A stretch of DNA of 64,000 nt from Candidatus Methylomirabilia bacterium (GCA_041497115.1 JBGQFW010000013.1:1646-65645), one strand, 5' to 3'. Positions 33,944 to 44,138 are shown, counted from the first letter of the stretch. The notes: generated by a model not told the origin, from the sequence alone. Made by a program: numbers and translations.

Positions 33944-35071
33944 TCACGAGCGGCGGCCGCCCGGCCGCCCGGCCGCCGCCAGCAGCACGTCCACCACGCG
34001 CCCGGCCGTGCGCTCGGCGGTGAACGCGGCGGCGCGGGCGAGGCCGCTCCGCCGCAGCGCCGCGCGCTCGTCGTCCGAGCCGAGCACGCGCGCCAGCGCC
34101 GCCGCCAGCGCGCCCGCGTCCTCGGGGTCGACCAGGACGCCGGCGTCGCCGACGACCTCCGGCAGGGCGCCGCGCCGGGCGGCGATCACCGGCGCCCCGC
34201 AGGCCATCGCCTCCAGCGCCGGCAGGCCGAACCCCTCCTCCAGCGAGGGCAGCACGAGCACGGCGGCGCCGCCGTAGACCGCCGGCAGGTCGGCGTCGGC
34301 GATGAGCCCGGGCAGCGCGACGCCGCTGTCGAGGCCGAGCGCGCGCACGAGGGCCTCCAGCGCCGGCCGGCCCGCGCGGTCGCCGCCCGCGAGCACCAGC
34401 CGGTGGGCGGCCCGCAGGGGTTCCGGCAGCGCCGCCCACGCGCGCAGCAGCCGCGGCAGGTTCTTGTGCGGCAGGAAGTTGCCGACGTAGAGCGCGTAGC
34501 GGGCGCCGAGGCCGTAGCGCGCGCGCTGGGCCGCGCTCGGCGCCGCCGGTACGAACTCCGGGCCGAGGCCGACCGGAATCACCACGACGCGCTCGGCGGG
34601 CAGGCCGAGCCGGGCGACGATCGCGCGGCGGCTGTGGTCGGAGTCCGCCACGATGGCGGTCGCGCCGCGCGCGTAGAGTCGCGCGAGCGCGGTCATCGCC
34701 CGGTCGTAGAGCGGGCGCCGGCGGCCCGGATACCCGATGAAGAACAGGTCGTGGATCGTGATGACCACCGGGCACGGCGACGCGAGCGGCCGCTTGTAGT
34801 ACGGCGAGAGGAACACGTTCGCCCCGTCGCGCGCGAGGGCGCGCGGCAGCGTCACCTGGTCCCACCACTGGGTGAGGCCGCCGGCGAGCATGCGCGGCCG
34901 CACCCCGGGCCCGGCGGCGGGCAGGCTCGTGGCGCGGTCGCCGTAGACGACGCACTCGAGCCCGCGCGCGGCGGCGGCGCGCACGACCTCCACCACGTAG
35001 CGCCGGATGCCGGTGCGCACCCCCTCGCGCAGCTCGCGCCCGTCCACGCCCACGCGCAGCGGCCCGCTCAC
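33944..35071 (-). CDS. Glycosyltransferase family 4
   Basis: 375 aa from GTG 35071 (GTGA overlap). It has LRVGVDGRELREGVRTGIRRYV and PSLEEGFGLPALEAMACGAPVIA. Confidence 0.85.
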   Translation of the reverse strand: MSGPLRVGVDGRELREGVRTGIRRYVVEVVRAAAARGLECVVYGDRATSLPAAGPGVRPRMLAGGLTQWWDQVTLPRALARDGANVFLSPYYKRPLASPCPVVITIHDLFFIGYPGRRRPLYDRAMTALARLYARGATAIVADSDHSRRAIVARLGLPAERVVVIPVGLGPEFVPAAPSAAQRARYGLGARYALYVGNFLPHKNLPRLLRAWAALPEPLRAAHRLVLAGGDRAGRPALEALVRALGLDSGVALPGLIADADLPAVYGGAAVLVLPSLEEGFGLPALEAMACGAPVIAARRGALPEVVGDAGVLVDPEDAGALAAALARVLGSDDERAALRRSGLARAAAFTAERTAGRVVDVLLAAAGRPGGRRS

Positions 35072-36609
35072 GCGCCACCGCCGGCGAGGCGATAGACGAG
35101 CACGCGCCGGCCGGCGCCGTCCTGCACCACGGTGGCCAGCCGCAGATCGGCCCGCCCGCCCGCGCGGCCGTCGAGCAGCCCGAGGAGATCGGGGCGGATC
35201 TCGGGCAGCCGCTCGCTGTCCACGACGAGGAAGCGCGCGCCCTGCCGCCGCCCCTCGGCCAGCAGCGCGTCGAGGGCGAGCGAGCCGAGCGGGATCGCCC
35301 GGGCGCCGGCGTAGTAGCCGGCAACCGGGTAGCGGCCGAGGAACGTCGGGCCCGCGCCGGCCGCGCGCAGCCAGCGGCCGGCGCGCGCCTCCACCGCGCT
35401 GGCGTCGTCGCGGAACCACGGCCGCGCCAGCCACGGCAGGAAGCTGAGGAGGACGACGACCAGCACGACGGTGCCCGGCCGCACGCGCGGCGCGCGCTCC
35501 CCACCCCCGCGCGCGCGGCCGAGGCGGACGACGCCGAGCGCGCCGACGATCGCCAGCACCGGAAGCACCGGCAGGAAGTAGCGGCTCTCGACGTTGAAGA
35601 GCAGCAGCGCAGCCAGCGGCGCCGCCGCGACGACCAGCAGCCACTCGGGCGGCGCGCGCCGCCGCCGCAGGTGGACGAGCCCGAGCGCGATCAGCGCGAT
35701 GCCCCCCGAGTGCAGGAGGTCGGGCAGCGTGTACTTGTCCACCAGGTGCAGGTTGACGAGGGCGCGCCGGGCCAGGGCGCCGGGGCTGCGCCAGGCGTAG
35801 GCGAGCGCGCCGGGCGTCTGCTCGGCGCGCACCTCGGCCGTCAGCCGCTCGGCGGCTTCCATCGGGCGCTCGGCGCCGACGTGCTCGGAGAACGTGAGCG
35901 TGTACCCGAGCTGCTTGCCCGTCCACGACCAGTGTCCGGTGAGCTGGCGAACGAAGATCACCTGCGGGGCGAGCACGAGGGCGGCGGCCAGGACCAGCGC
36001 CGCCGTCGAGGCCGCCGGCCGCGGTGCCGCCCACGCCGGGGACGTCCAGCGCGGCGCCAGCACGAGCAGGACGAGGGCGAGCGCCAGGAAGCCGACGCCG
36101 ACCGGATGCGCGAGCGCCGCCAGCGCGCCGGCGGCGCCGGCGGCGGCGGCCGCGCGCGGCGACGCCGTGCGGGCGGCCCACACGGTCGCCGCCAGCGTGG
36201 TGGTGACCAGCAGCGTCAGCAGCGTGTCGGGCAGCACGCGCGTGCCCGCGTCCACCGCGGCCGGCATCAAGGCGACGAGCAGCCCGGCCGGCCACGCCAC
36301 GCGCTCCTCGGTGATCTCGCGCGCGAGCCAGAGCGTCGGCCACACCCAGAGCCCGCCGGCGACGGCGGCGACCACGCGCCCCAGCCACTCGGGATCGCCG
36401 GCCGCCCCGACGAGGGGCGCCAGCAGCAGCGAGTAGAGCGGCTGGTGCACCGGGACGAACGCCGCCGGGTGGCCGGCCAGGGCGGCGGCGTTGGCGAGAT
36501 AGAGGATGCCGTCCACCTCGATGCCCTCGCGGCGCGTGGCGACCAGCAGCCGCACGAGGACGCCGAGCGCCGACAGGACCAGCCCGGGCAGCCACACGGC
36601 GCGGGTCAC
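35068..36609 (-). CDS. Polytopic membrane protein, GT-C-fold (ArnT/PMT/GT39-like) glycosyltransferase candidate
   Basis: 513 aa from GTG 36609 (GTGA overlap). It has about 11 hydrophobic segments and then a soluble C-terminal roughly 120 aa. The family assignment rests on architecture only. Confidence 0.5.
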   Translation of the reverse strand: MTRAVWLPGLVLSALGVLVRLLVATRREGIEVDGILYLANAAALAGHPAAFVPVHQPLYSLLLAPLVGAAGDPEWLGRVVAAVAGGLWVWPTLWLAREITEERVAWPAGLLVALMPAAVDAGTRVLPDTLLTLLVTTTLAATVWAARTASPRAAAAAGAAGALAALAHPVGVGFLALALVLLVLAPRWTSPAWAAPRPAASTAALVLAAALVLAPQVIFVRQLTGHWSWTGKQLGYTLTFSEHVGAERPMEAAERLTAEVRAEQTPGALAYAWRSPGALARRALVNLHLVDKYTLPDLLHSGGIALIALGLVHLRRRRAPPEWLLVVAAAPLAALLLFNVESRYFLPVLPVLAIVGALGVVRLGRARGGGERAPRVRPGTVVLVVVLLSFLPWLARPWFRDDASAVEARAGRWLRAAGAGPTFLGRYPVAGYYAGARAIPLGSLALDALLAEGRRQGARFLVVDSERLPEIRPDLLGLLDGRAGGRADLRLATVVQDGAGRRVLVYRLAGGGA

Positions 36610-38510
36610 CGGCCACCCTCGCGCAGCACGGCGTCGTACACCGCGTGGACGCGCGCGGCGTGGGTGGTCATGTCGAAGCGCGTCGCCACGTCCGCCGCCG
36701 CCGCGCGGACGCGGGCGGTCGTGGCGGCGGGATCGCTCAGCGTGGCGGCCAGCGCCGCCGCGAGCGCGTCGGGATCCTCGGGCGGCACCAGCAGCCCGGT
36801 GACGCCGTCGGTGCAGACCTCGGGGATGCCGCCGACCGCGGCGGCGACGACCGGCCGCTCGGCCGCCATCGCCTCGATCAGGATCCGGCCGAACGCCTCC
36901 TGGCGCGAGGGCACCGCGACGACGTCGCACAGGCGCAGCAGCGCCGCCACGTCGCCGCGCTGCCCGGCCAGCGTCAGGCGCACGCCGGCCGCCCGCGCGC
37001 GCGCCGCCAGCGCCGGGGCGAGCGGCCCGTCGCCCACCACGAGCAGGCTGACCGCGGGGATCTTCTGCTGCAGCCGCTCGGCGGCGGCGAGCAGCACGTC
37101 GGGGCCCTTGCCGTGCTCGAGGCGCCCGACGTACCCGACGATCGGCCCCTCGGCGGGCAGCCCGAGCGCGGCGCGCAGCGCCCGGTCCGGCGGGCCGGGC
37201 GCAAAGCGGCCGATCTCCACACCGTTGGGCACGACGACGACGCGCGCGGCGGGCCACGCGCGGAAGCGGCGCGCGGTGGCGCCGGAGTTGGCGACGATCG
37301 TGTGGGCCAGCCGGGCGAGGACCGGGTCGAGCCAGCGGTCGCGGTAGGCCACGCGCGCGTGCCACACGAGTGGCGGCCCCGACCGGCCCCGCGCCAGGCC
37401 GGCGTAGAGCGCGCCGCGCGCGCCTTGCGCGTGCACGAGCGCCACCCGCTCGGCGGCCAGCAGCGCGCGCACCCGGCCGAGTGCCTGCGCCAGGCCGGGG
37501 AACGTCCACGGCCGCACCGACGGCAGCGGCAGCACGGTCACCGGCACCCCGAGCGCGCGCAGCCGCTCGGCCACCTCGCCCTCGGCGGGCACCGTCGCGA
37601 TCGGACGCACGCGCGCCCGATCGAGGCGCGCGGCGAGCGCGAGCAGGCTCGCCTCGCCGCCGCCGACGAGGCCGGCGAAGTTCGCCATCAGGAGCACCGT
37701 CGGCGGCCCGGCGCCGTCGCGCGCGCGCCCGGCCACCGGCAGCCGTCCCGTCAGCTCGGCGAGCCGCACGTAGTTGACCAGCACGACGAGCGCGGCCATC
37801 GCGCTCAGCACGAAGCCGTGCCAGCCCTCGCGGAAGCCCCCCTGCGCCACGTACTTGCGGACGAAGACCGCCAGCGGCTTGCCGGCCAGATACCACGGCG
37901 CCGTGAGCGCGGTCACCCGCACCCCCCGGCGGGCGAGCATCTGCGCGTCGTAGGCGGTGTAGAGCAGCAGCTTGCGGACGTGGTCGCCGAGCGAGGCGTA
38001 GCTGTGGTGCCGCAGGTCGGCGCGCAGGTCACCCACCGCGCCGTCCACGACGACCTCCTCGTGCACGAGCGCGTCGGTGAAACGCCCGCGCCCGCGCTGG
38101 AAGAGGCGGAGCACCGGGCTCGGATACCAGCCGCAGTGGCGGATGAAGCGGCCGAGGTAGGAGGTGAGCCGGGGCATCCGGTAGCCCGCGCAGGCGTCGG
38201 GCGCGGCCACCGCCGCCTCGATCTCGTGCCGGAGCGCGGGGGTGACCTCCTCGTCGGCGTCGAGGCTCAGGATCCACGGCTGCGTCGCCTGGGCGATCGC
38301 GAAGTTCTTCTGCTCGCCGAAGCCGGCCGTCATATCCCGTGCGATCACGCGCGCGCCGTACTCGCGGCAGACGGCCGGCGTGCCGTCGCCGCTGTGTCCG
38401 TCCACGACGACGATCTCCTCCGCCCAGCGCACGCTTTCCAAACACGGGCGGATGCGCGCCGCCTCGTCGCGCGTGATGAGCACGACCGACAGCCCGGGCC
38501 GCGCGCTCAC
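36606..38510 (-). CDS. Fusion protein: GT2 glycosyltransferase (N-terminal) plus GT4 glycosyltransferase (C-terminal)
   Basis: 634 aa from GTG 38510 (GTGA overlap). The GT2 part (about 37710-38510) has LSVVLITRDE, VVVDGHSGDGT and LSLDADE. The GT4 part (about 36609-37709) has PSRQEAFGRILIEAMAAERPVVA. It is a single frame with no internal stop. Confidence 0.8.
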   Translation of the reverse strand: MSARPGLSVVLITRDEAARIRPCLESVRWAEEIVVVDGHSGDGTPAVCREYGARVIARDMTAGFGEQKNFAIAQATQPWILSLDADEEVTPALRHEIEAAVAAPDACAGYRMPRLTSYLGRFIRHCGWYPSPVLRLFQRGRGRFTDALVHEEVVVDGAVGDLRADLRHHSYASLGDHVRKLLLYTAYDAQMLARRGVRVTALTAPWYLAGKPLAVFVRKYVAQGGFREGWHGFVLSAMAALVVLVNYVRLAELTGRLPVAGRARDGAGPPTVLLMANFAGLVGGGEASLLALAARLDRARVRPIATVPAEGEVAERLRALGVPVTVLPLPSVRPWTFPGLAQALGRVRALLAAERVALVHAQGARGALYAGLARGRSGPPLVWHARVAYRDRWLDPVLARLAHTIVANSGATARRFRAWPAARVVVVPNGVEIGRFAPGPPDRALRAALGLPAEGPIVGYVGRLEHGKGPDVLLAAAERLQQKIPAVSLLVVGDGPLAPALAARARAAGVRLTLAGQRGDVAALLRLCDVVAVPSRQEAFGRILIEAMAAERPVVAAAVGGIPEVCTDGVTGLLVPPEDPDALAAALAATLSDPAATTARVRAAAADVATRFDMTTHAARVHAVYDAVLREGGR

Positions 38511-39514
38511 CGGACCCCGGCCCGCCACGCACGCGCCACCGCCGGCGCCTCGCGCAGCCGCCCGACCTCGGCGCCCGCGTCGGCGACGACCTTGACGACC
38601 GGCGCCAGCCACCAGCCGCGCCGGTGGGTCGGGTAGCGCCGGGCGAAGGCGAAGCGACGCAGCAGCAGCAGATAGTACGCCGCCAGCAGCGCGGGCAGCG
38701 TCAGCGCGACCGGCCACGGCAGCCAGGCAAGCACGACGGCGGCGAGGGCCGCGCGCAGCAGCGTGGAGCCGCGCACGAGCGCGGCGACGACGGCGGCGGG
38801 CCGCGCCTTGCCGGGCAGGATCCGCATCTCGGCCCGGCCGCGCCGCACGAACCAGCGGAAGATCGCGGCCAGCCGCTGGCGCGGCTTGTGGTACACGACG
38901 GCGCCGGGCGCGTAGCGGCACGGCCAGCGGGCGCTCACCCGCTCGGCGAGCAGGCTGTCCTCGCCCCCCAGCGACGCCAGCGGCGAGAAGCCGCCCACCG
39001 CGTCGATCGCCGCGCGCCGGTAGACGCAGTTGCAGGTGGAGAGGAACGCGGTCGGCACCACGCGCCCGTCGGCGGCGGCGAGGTAGCGCAGACCGCCGCC
39101 CGGGAAGCCCAGGATGTTCTCGGCGTAGCCGATCGCGTTGCAGTCGCGCACGAGCACGGCCCCGGCGGCGCCGGCCACCTCGGGATCGGCCATCGGCGCC
39201 AGCAGCGCATCGAGCCACCCCTGCTCCACCTCGCAGTCGTCGTCCACGAACACGAGCAGGCCGCCCCGGGCGGCCGCCACCGCGCGGTTGCGCACGTGGG
39301 CGAAGCCGCGCCCCTCGGGCGCCAGCGGGACGTAGCGCACGCCGGGGATCGGCGCCGGCTGCGCCGTCTCCTCGACCACCACGATCTCGACGCCCTCGCG
39401 CTCGGTGCCGGCGGCGCGCAGCGAGGCGAGCGCGCGGGCCACGTCCGCGCGCCGGTCCTTGGTGCAGATCAGCACCGAGACCGCCGGCGGCCGGCCCGGC
39501 TCAGAGGCAGGCAC
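38507..39514 (-). CDS. Glycosyltransferase family 2 with a C-terminal membrane segment
   Basis: 335 aa with VSVLICTKDR, FVDDDCEV and GGEDSLL motifs. The C-terminus is hydrophobic (AALAAVVLAWLPWPVALTLPALLAAYYLLLL). Confidence 0.8.
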   Translation of the reverse strand: MPASEPGRPPAVSVLICTKDRRADVARALASLRAAGTEREGVEIVVVEETAQPAPIPGVRYVPLAPEGRGFAHVRNRAVAAARGGLLVFVDDDCEVEQGWLDALLAPMADPEVAGAAGAVLVRDCNAIGYAENILGFPGGGLRYLAAADGRVVPTAFLSTCNCVYRRAAIDAVGGFSPLASLGGEDSLLAERVSARWPCRYAPGAVVYHKPRQRLAAIFRWFVRRGRAEMRILPGKARPAAVVAALVRGSTLLRAALAAVVLAWLPWPVALTLPALLAAYYLLLLRRFAFARRYPTHRRGWWLAPVVKVVADAGAEVGRLREAPAVARAWRAGVR

Positions 39515-40538
39515 GGCCGTACCTCAGCGAGCCCCACCAGCGCCCGCCCGTCATCGCCGCCGCCTTGGCGAGCAGGCAGCCGACCAGCCCCCACCGCCCG
39601 AGCCAGGACACGGCGAGGCCGCGCGCCCGCACGCGGCGCCCGACGTCCCACCAGAGCCAGCCGCCGTAGAGCGGCAGCAGCACCAGCAGCGGACGCCAGA
39701 GCGCGCCGAGCGCCAGCAGCGCCAGCACCTTCTTGTCGGGGGCGGCGGCGTCGATCCAGAGCGGCAGCGGGAAGCCCGGGCGCGCGAGCGAGGCCCGCGG
39801 CAGGTCGAGCCAGAGGCCGCGCGGCACGTGGCGGCGCATGAGCCAGGCGTGGCTGCGCCCGAAGCCGAACGCCTGGCGCAGCATGGGGCGCAGCGCCACG
39901 CGGTGCTGGTGCTCGACCGCGGCCGCCGGCGTGTAGGCGATGGCGGCGCCGGCCGCGTAGATGCGCGCGCAGAGATCGTAGTCCTCGCCGTAGATCGCCA
40001 CCGACTCGTCGAAGCCGCCGAGCCGGTCGAGCAGCGCGCGGCGCACGGCGAGGTTCGCGGTGGGAAAGCCACCGGTCCACGGCGTCCAGCGCGTGTGACG
40101 GGCGGGCGTCGCCGCGGCCTGCAGCGTGAAGAGGCTGCTGAACGTCTCGACGACGCCGCGCGGCGGGGTCGAGAGCAGGCGGCCGGCGACCGCGCCGAGC
40201 GCGGGATCGGCCAGCGGCGCGGTGAGCGCGGCGAGCCAGTCCGGCCGCGGGCAGCAGTCGGCGTCGGTGAACGCGACGATCTCGCCGGTGGCCGCGCGCG
40301 CGCCGGCGTTGCGCGCCCGCGAGGCGCCGCGCCGCGGCTCGCCGACCACGACGATCTTCGCGCGCCCGCCGGCGGCGGCGAACGCGGCGAGGCGGCCGGG
40401 CGTGTCGTCGGTCGAGCCGTTGTCCACGAAGACGATCTCGTCGGGGGCGGGGTCGAGCGCGGCAAGCGCGGGCAGCGTGCGCGGCAGCGTGCGCGCCGCG
40501 TTCAGCACGGGGACGACCACCGACACGCGCGGCGTCAT
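39501..40538 (-). CDS. Glycosyltransferase family 2 with a C-terminal membrane segment
   Basis: 345 aa from ATG 40538 (ATGA overlap). It has VSVVVPVLNAARTL, VDNGSTDDT, FTDADC and YGEDYDL motifs. Confidence 0.8.
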   Translation of the reverse strand: MTPRVSVVVPVLNAARTLPRTLPALAALDPAPDEIVFVDNGSTDDTPGRLAAFAAAGGRAKIVVVGEPRRGASRARNAGARAATGEIVAFTDADCCPRPDWLAALTAPLADPALGAVAGRLLSTPPRGVVETFSSLFTLQAAATPARHTRWTPWTGGFPTANLAVRRALLDRLGGFDESVAIYGEDYDLCARIYAAGAAIAYTPAAAVEHQHRVALRPMLRQAFGFGRSHAWLMRRHVPRGLWLDLPRASLARPGFPLPLWIDAAAPDKKVLALLALGALWRPLLVLLPLYGGWLWWDVGRRVRARGLAVSWLGRWGLVGCLLAKAAAMTGGRWWGSLRYGRACL

Positions 40539-41668
40539 CGCGACGCCTCGAGGCTCGCGTAGAGGTCGGCCAGCGGAGCCAGGCACGTCTCCCACCGGAA
40601 GCGCGCCTCCACGAGCGCGCGCGCCGCCCGGCCCAGCCGCGCCGCGCGCGGGCGGTCGGCCAGCAGCCCGCGCACCGCGGCGGCGAACGCCTCCGGCGTG
40701 TCGGCGAGCACGACGTCGCGCCCGTCGGCGAGGGCCAGCCCCTCGGCGCCGAGCGTGGTGGAGACGACCGCCTTGCCCGCCGCCATCGCGCCCAGCATCT
40801 TGAGACGCGTGCCGCCGCCGCCGCGCATCGGGTTGATGAAGACGCCGGCGCGCGCGTAGAGCGGCGCCAGGTCGGGCACGAAGCCGAGCAGCTGCATGCG
40901 CGGATGCGCCCGCGCCAGCGTCCCCAGCGCGGACCCCGGCTCGCGGCCGGCCACCAGCACCGGCGGGCCGGCCGCGCCCAGCCGGGGCAGCACCTCGCGC
41001 GCGAACCACTCCATCGCGTCGCGGTTCGGCGCGTAGCTCAGCAGCCCGACGAACAGCACCGCGTCGCCGGGGGGCGAGGGCGCGAGCGCGTCCACGTCCA
41101 CGCCGTTGGGCGCCACCACCACGCGCGCCCCCGGCGCCAGCGCGCGCATCAGCCTCGCCTCGTCCTCGGAGACGGCGACCAGCGCGGCGGCCCGCCGGGC
41201 GAGGCGGCGCTCGAAGAGGCGCAGCCGCCAGGCGCGCAGCCGCCCGCGCGCGCGCGCGAGCGGCGTCGCCGCGACCTCGGCCGCCCGCGCGTAGCTCAGG
41301 TAGTAGACGCAGCCGTCGTCCACGACGCCGGGCACGCCGGGCCCGGCCGCGGCGAGCCCGGCGGCGGCCGCGCTGAACGTCCCCTGGAGATGGACGACGT
41401 CGGCCTTCCACTCGGCGATCGCGCGGTGAATGACGCGCGTGGTCCCCGGCTCGACCGCGACCGGCGCCAGCGCGCGCCGCGTGCGCGCGGGGTGGACGGC
41501 CACCGGCACCCGGAGCGCGACCGCCGCGCCGGCAGCGTCGCCGGGCGCCAGCGACAGCAGCGTCACCGCGTGGTCGTCACGCAGCGCGCGCACGATGCGC
41601 GCGACGCGGATCGCGGTGCCCGACTCCGCCGGGTACGGCATCACCTGGGTCACGACGGCGATGCGCAC
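40535..41668 (-). CDS. Glycosyltransferase family 4
   Basis: 377 aa from GTG 41668, 2 nt after the upstream stop. It has VRIAVVTQVMPYPAESGTAIRV and INPMRGGGGTRLKMLGAMAAGKAVVST. Confidence 0.8.
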   Translation of the reverse strand: MRIAVVTQVMPYPAESGTAIRVARIVRALRDDHAVTLLSLAPGDAAGAAVALRVPVAVHPARTRRALAPVAVEPGTTRVIHRAIAEWKADVVHLQGTFSAAAAGLAAAGPGVPGVVDDGCVYYLSYARAAEVAATPLARARGRLRAWRLRLFERRLARRAAALVAVSEDEARLMRALAPGARVVVAPNGVDVDALAPSPPGDAVLFVGLLSYAPNRDAMEWFAREVLPRLGAAGPPVLVAGREPGSALGTLARAHPRMQLLGFVPDLAPLYARAGVFINPMRGGGGTRLKMLGAMAAGKAVVSTTLGAEGLALADGRDVVLADTPEAFAAAVRGLLADRPRAARLGRAARALVEARFRWETCLAPLADLYASLEASR

Positions 41669-41670
41669 GC

Positions 41671-42585
41671 TCAGCCCCCCGCCGTCCGGGCCTGCCGCCA
41701 GGCGCGCCAGCCGGCGGCGGCGCCGCGCGCGAGCGCCGCGTGGCGGCGGCCGAGGAACGCGGGGCCGGCGGCGACGAACGCCCGGTTGAGCACGTGCTCG
41801 CGGTAGAGGCGCCACAGGAAGCGCGCGCGATCGCCCGGCTCCAGGAGCTTGAGGGCGAAGTAGGTGTTGTTGCGGAAGAACGGCTCGTACCAGGCGTGCG
41901 ACTCGGGCGTGCTCGCCAGCAGATTCGCGTTCTCGCATCCCCCCGGCGTGCCGTAGTGGTGGACGACGCGCGCCTCGGGATCGTAGCGGATGCGATAGCC
42001 GGCGCGGATCAGCCGCACGCTGAAGTCGGTCTCCCAGCGGAACGCGTTGGCGGTGAAGCGCTCGTCGAAGCCGCCGAGTCGCTCGACGAGCTCGCGCCGG
42101 ATCGACATGTTGGCGGCGCAGGTGGTCGGCACGTCGAGCGGCCGCCCGTGATCGAAGTTCACGTCGAGGAACGCCAGGGTGCCGCCCCGGAGCCCGGGCG
42201 CCGGCAGCTCCGCGCCCGCGCCGGCGTGGACCAGGCGCCCCGCCACCGCGCCGATCGTGGGGTCGGCGTAGTGGCGCTCGTGGCGGGCGAGAAGGTCGGG
42301 GTCGTCGATCTCCACGTCGTCGTCGAGGAACACCAGCAGCGCGCCGCCGGCCAGACGGGCGCCGGCATTGGCCGCCGCCGTCACGCTCGGCTGCGCGAGC
42401 CGCACGTGACGCGCGTGCGCCGGGAGCGCGCGCAGCGCCGCCCACGTCTGGGGCTCGTGGTCGGGGCTCTGGTCCACGACGAGCACTTCGAAGGCGGGGT
42501 GGCGCTGGGCGAGGAGGCCGGCCAGGCACCGGCGCAGCGGCGCCTCGCGCCGGTACGTCGGCACGATCACCGAGACGGCGACCAT
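41671..42585 (-). CDS. Glycosyltransferase family 2
   Basis: 304 aa from ATG 42585. It has VSVIVPTYRRE, VVDQSPD and FLDDDVE motifs. Confidence 0.8.
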   Translation of the reverse strand: MVAVSVIVPTYRREAPLRRCLAGLLAQRHPAFEVLVVDQSPDHEPQTWAALRALPAHARHVRLAQPSVTAAANAGARLAGGALLVFLDDDVEIDDPDLLARHERHYADPTIGAVAGRLVHAGAGAELPAPGLRGGTLAFLDVNFDHGRPLDVPTTCAANMSIRRELVERLGGFDERFTANAFRWETDFSVRLIRAGYRIRYDPEARVVHHYGTPGGCENANLLASTPESHAWYEPFFRNNTYFALKLLEPGDRARFLWRLYREHVLNRAFVAAGPAFLGRRHAALARGAAAGWRAWRQARTAGG

Positions 42586-44138
42586 GGCTCCGGCACCGGG
42601 CCGCGGCAGAGGAAGCCGGCCAGCGCGAGGCTGCCGCGGCGCACGCCTGGCGGCAGCCGCCCGGCGAGGACACGGGCGCGATCGAGATCCTCGGCCGCGA
42701 GCGCGCGCATCGCGCGCAGGGCGAGCGGGTACGCCACCGCGCCGACCCCGACGGCCAGCGCCAGCCCGAGGCCGCCGCCGAGCGTGACGATCGGGACGAG
42801 CGCCAGTAGCCCCATCAGGGCGACGGCGGCGGCGATGCGAACCAGCGCTCCGGTGGGGACGCCGACGCCGGCGATCCGGACGGCGGCGCGAATCGCGAGC
42901 ACGCTGCCGATCCCCTGCGCGAGGACGTTGGCGACGGCGGCGCCGAGCGCCCCCGCCGCCGGCACCAGGACCAGCGCCAGCCCGAGGTCCGCCGCCGCCG
43001 CGACCAGCGCCTGGCGCACCAGCCGGTCCGTGCGCTTCAGCGCGTGCAGCACGCCCGGGCTGGCGCCCGCCGCGAAGGCCGGCAGGCTGCCGAGCGCCAG
43101 CACCGCGAGAACGACGCCGGCCGGCGCGTAGGCCGGCCCCCAGAGCAGGTGGACGAGCGCCGGCGCCGTCACCGCCAGCCCGACCGCCAGCGGCGCGCCC
43201 AGCAGCACGAGATAGCGCATCGCGGTGGCGTGCAGCGAGGCCAGCTCGGCCACCCGCCCGCCGCCGACGAGCGCGGGGAAGCTGGGGAAGAGCACGACCG
43301 ACGCCTGGTAGGGAATGCGGCTCACCTGGGCGGCCACGCCGAAGGCGAGCGCGTAGAACGCGACCTCGGCGGGCGTGGACAGCGCTTGCAAGAAGGCGAC
43401 CTCGGTGCGCTGCCACACGATCGCGTCGAGGACGACCAGCGCGCTCACGCCGCCGGCGTAGCGCAGCACGTCGGCGCGCGCCGCCCCCGCCGGCCGGACC
43501 GCGGCGGGCAGCGCGCGCGCGTGGCGCCCCTGCCGGCGCGCCAGCGCGGCGATGGCGGTCAACCCGGCGGCGTTGACGACGGCGTGCGCGGCCAGGAAGC
43601 CGGCGACGCCGGCGCCGAGGGCGGCGGCGAGCGCGAACAGCGCGATCTGCAGCGCGAGCGTGCCCACGCCGAAGAGCGCCTGGCGGCGGAATGCCGAGAG
43701 CCCCGACAGAAACGCGGCGACGCTGCCGTGCAGCACGAGCGGCGGCACGCTGAGCGCGGTCAGCACGACCGGCAGCCGCCACGGGCGCGGCAGCACGAAG
43801 GCCGACGCAGCGATGAGGAGGGCCGCGAGCAGCGCCAGCGTAAGCTGCCAGCGCACGACGACGCCGAGCAGGGCGCCGGCGTCGCCGGGGCGACCGGCGC
43901 CCACGGCCTCGGCGGTGTAGCGCGTCACCGTGGTCGGGAAGCCGAGGCTCAACGCCACCGCCGCCAGCCCGGCCAGCCAGACGAGGAACGCGTAGCGGCC
44001 CAGCTCGGCGGGAGGCAGCGCGCGCGCGATGAGCACCGAGACGAGGATGCCGAGCGCGGCGCGGGCGAGCCAGGCGCCCGTCATCGCCGCGAAGTCGCCG
44101 CCGACCCGCAGCGTGCGGTCGCCGGCGGGGGCGCTCAC
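42567..44138 (-). CDS. Polysaccharide biosynthesis protein / oligosaccharide flippase (MOP superfamily, Wzx-like)
   Basis: 523 aa from GTG 44138 (GTGA overlap). It has about 12-14 TM helices and the usual N-terminal basic/helix pattern (GAWLARAALGILVSVLIARALPPAELGRYAF). Confidence 0.75.
   Translation of the reverse strand: MSAPAGDRTLRVGGDFAAMTGAWLARAALGILVSVLIARALPPAELGRYAFLVWLAGLAAVALSLGFPTTVTRYTAEAVGAGRPGDAGALLGVVVRWQLTLALLAALLIAASAFVLPRPWRLPVVLTALSVPPLVLHGSVAAFLSGLSAFRRQALFGVGTLALQIALFALAAALGAGVAGFLAAHAVVNAAGLTAIAALARRQGRHARALPAAVRPAGAARADVLRYAGGVSALVVLDAIVWQRTEVAFLQALSTPAEVAFYALAFGVAAQVSRIPYQASVVLFPSFPALVGGGRVAELASLHATAMRYLVLLGAPLAVGLAVTAPALVHLLWGPAYAPAGVVLAVLALGSLPAFAAGASPGVLHALKRTDRLVRQALVAAAADLGLALVLVPAAGALGAAVANVLAQGIGSVLAIRAAVRIAGVGVPTGALVRIAAAVALMGLLALVPIVTLGGGLGLALAVGVGAVAYPLALRAMRALAAEDLDRARVLAGRLPPGVRRGSLALAGFLCRGPVPEPWSPSR

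Noticed and set aside
35068-36609. An exosortase (XrtA) candidate; the 44944..46380 membrane protein was also considered
   Set aside because: The 513-aa protein is too large, and its hydrophobic pattern plus soluble C-terminal domain look GT-C/ArnT-like. The 478-aa protein has an O-antigen-ligase-type loop and motif. I could not see exosortase features in either, so none is claimed.
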